Positions 62,965 through 64,000 of a stretch of 64,000 bases of DNA are shown here, one piece after another. The DNA comes from Sphingomonadales bacterium. GTDB lineage: Bacteria; Pseudomonadota; Alphaproteobacteria; Sphingomonadales; Sphingomonadaceae. The stretch's first letter is position 1; each line of letters begins with the position of its first letter. The stretch spans positions 3,402 through 67,401 of the forward strand of contig JBIQHE010000020.1 of assembly GCA_044508875.1 (NCBI GenBank), written 5' to 3'. The position numbers and the translations under genes were made by a program. Below the pieces are notes generated by a model, which saw only the letters and a program-made list of their open reading frames with translations, was not told where the DNA came from and made no database searches.

Positions 62965-63539
62965 ATCTCGTCGCCGCGCCCACGCCGCAGGATCACATAT
63001 ACTGCCCCCGCCCCGCCGTGACTAATATGTGCAGGGCGCAGCGCAGCGATCTGGTCGGCGTAAGGCGAGGCAGTGAGCCAGTCGGCGAGCGAAGCGCGGA
63101 TCGCACCCCGGGGGCGCGGCTCCCCGTGCATTTGCGGCAAACGGTCGGCACCCGGACGCATCCGCCCTGCAACGACCAGCAGCACACGGGCGCCGCGGCC
63201 CAGCCCGCGGCCGATCGCCTCGTTGAGCAGCGCCTGCGCCGAGCCCAGCGTGTGACCGTGAAGATCGATGCTCATGTCGGGCCGAACATGCCCCTTGCGG
63301 AGCCGCCGCTCCCAGTGGCTGTCGAGCGTTGCAGTCTGGTGGCTGCGGCGCGGCGGGGGCAGCGGCGACTGGCGGAGCGGGGCTACAGGGGCCGCGGGAG
63401 CGCGCGGACCGAGCGTGGGCGGACGCACGGTCGGCGGAGTTAACGGCGGGATAATCTCCGGCGCTTTGGGGAGGGGCCGCACCGTCGCCGCAACCTTCTT
63501 CCAAAGCGCGGCTTCCTCTGGATCAAGCCGGCGCGGCAT
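62961..63539 (-). CDS. Smr/MutS2-C domain protein
   Basis: 192 aa from ATG 63539. Pro-rich linker, then the Smr motif IDLHGHTLGSAQ...VLLVVAGRM. Confidence 0.75.
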   Translation of the reverse strand: MPRRLDPEEAALWKKVAATVRPLPKAPEIIPPLTPPTVRPPTLGPRAPAAPVAPLRQSPLPPPRRSHQTATLDSHWERRLRKGHVRPDMSIDLHGHTLGSAQALLNEAIGRGLGRGARVLLVVAGRMRPGADRLPQMHGEPRPRGAIRASLADWLTASPYADQIAALRPAHISHGGAGAVYVILRRGRGDEI

Positions 63540-63541
63540 CG

Positions 63542-64000
63542 TCAGGCGCCTTGCGGGACCAGCCGCGCCACGCTCGCGCGGGGCAACAGGAGGAGCGCTG
63601 AGCCGCGCGCCGACATACCGCCTGCAAGCGCGCGCGCGTCGTCGCCCGCACCCCAGAAACTGTCGAAACGATTGGCCCCCTTGATCGCGCCGCCGGTGTC
63701 CTGGGCGATCCACAGACCATTGGGTTCGGCGCGGTCGAGCGAGAGGAATATGGGAGCGCCAAGCGGCACGAATTTTGGATCGGCGGCAAGGCTGACGCGC
63801 CCGGTCACCGGGACCCCGAGCGCGCCAAGCGGGCCGGCACCGGTTAATTCACGGAAGAAAACCCAGCTCGGATTCTCGTTCATTACCGCTGCTCCGCGCA
63901 CCGGGTCGGCACGCAGATAGTCGAGAATTCCCTGCATCGACGCCTCGCCGGGCCGAAGTTCGCCGCGATCGCGCAGAAGCTTCCCGATCCCGACATAATC
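63542..64000 (-). CDS. mltA: Membrane-bound lytic murein transglycosylase A, C-terminal part (gene continues beyond the window)
   Basis: The frame is open to the window edge. 3D-domain motifs SLAADPKFVPLGAPIFL and AQDTGGAIKGANRFDSFWG. Confidence 0.8.
   Translation of the reverse strand, partial: DYVGIGKLLRDRGELRPGEASMQGILDYLRADPVRGAAVMNENPSWVFFRELTGAGPLGALGVPVTGRVSLAADPKFVPLGAPIFLSLDRAEPNGLWIAQDTGGAIKGANRFDSFWGAGDDARALAGGMSARGSALLLLPRASVARLVPQGA

Noticed and set aside
1-64000. Window-wide look for CRISPR arrays, IS elements or transposases, integrases, rRNA genes, reverse transcriptases and known defence-system genes
   Set aside because: None found. No regularly spaced direct repeats, no DDE or tyrosine/serine recombinase motifs and no RT motifs in any credible ORF. 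The only mobile-type genes are those in the 10.9-12.9 kb islet.

Overview
High-GC chromosomal segment. The gene content looks alphaproteobacterial, most likely Sphingomonadales; this is inferred from protein motifs, since no database search was possible. About 75 genes tile almost the whole window, and many are translationally coupled through ATGA or GTGA overlaps.

Layout:
- 1-10.9 kb: a uronate/alginate-type utilisation locus. It holds a PL17-like lyase, an MFS transporter, an SDR, an SGNH esterase, a TonB-dependent receptor, a GntR regulator, an MhpD-like hydratase and KdgK.
- 10.9-12.95 kb: a small, visibly more A/T-rich remnant of an integrative or phage element abutting tRNA-Cys(GCA). 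It holds an HNH-AP2 endonuclease bracketed by a 10-bp inverted repeat, a HigB-2/HigA-2-like toxin-antitoxin pair and a truncated ATP-dependent DNA ligase. No integrase is present.
- 13-26 kb: housekeeping genes (pcm, tolC, DUF2497/PopZ-like, nudC, a serine hydrolase, mutY, DUF721, two DsbA, smc, ubiA).
- 26.3-29.4 kb: an orphan operon of TadE-like, TadE-like and TadG-VWA genes.
- 29.6-35.6 kb: rsmE, gshA, rplY, pth, a GNAT, a CAP-domain protein, ychF.
- 35.6-38.2 kb: a CueR-like MerR divergon controlling a glutaredoxin-MauE fusion and a His/Met-rich exported protein.
- 38.4-43.1 kb: PhoD, an M28 peptidase and an NPP phosphodiesterase.
- 45.9-47.5 kb: an M23 peptidase plus bactofilin.
- 47.5-48.0 kb: about 500 bp of unexplained non-coding DNA.
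- 48-55.9 kb: a TetR-headed run of VOC, GST, DUF1428, DUF899, DoxX and hydrolase genes.
- 57.3-64 kb: rpmH-rnpA-yidD-yidC-engB, a GST, a cupin, dapE, an Smr protein and mltA.

I found no CRISPR array, IS element, rRNA or recognisable defence system. The best candidates for something undescribed are the MerR/Grx-MauE/His-Met protein module, the orphan Tad-like VWA operon, the inverted-repeat-bracketed HNH cassette and the 500-bp non-coding gap. All of these are hypotheses that need searches or experiments.
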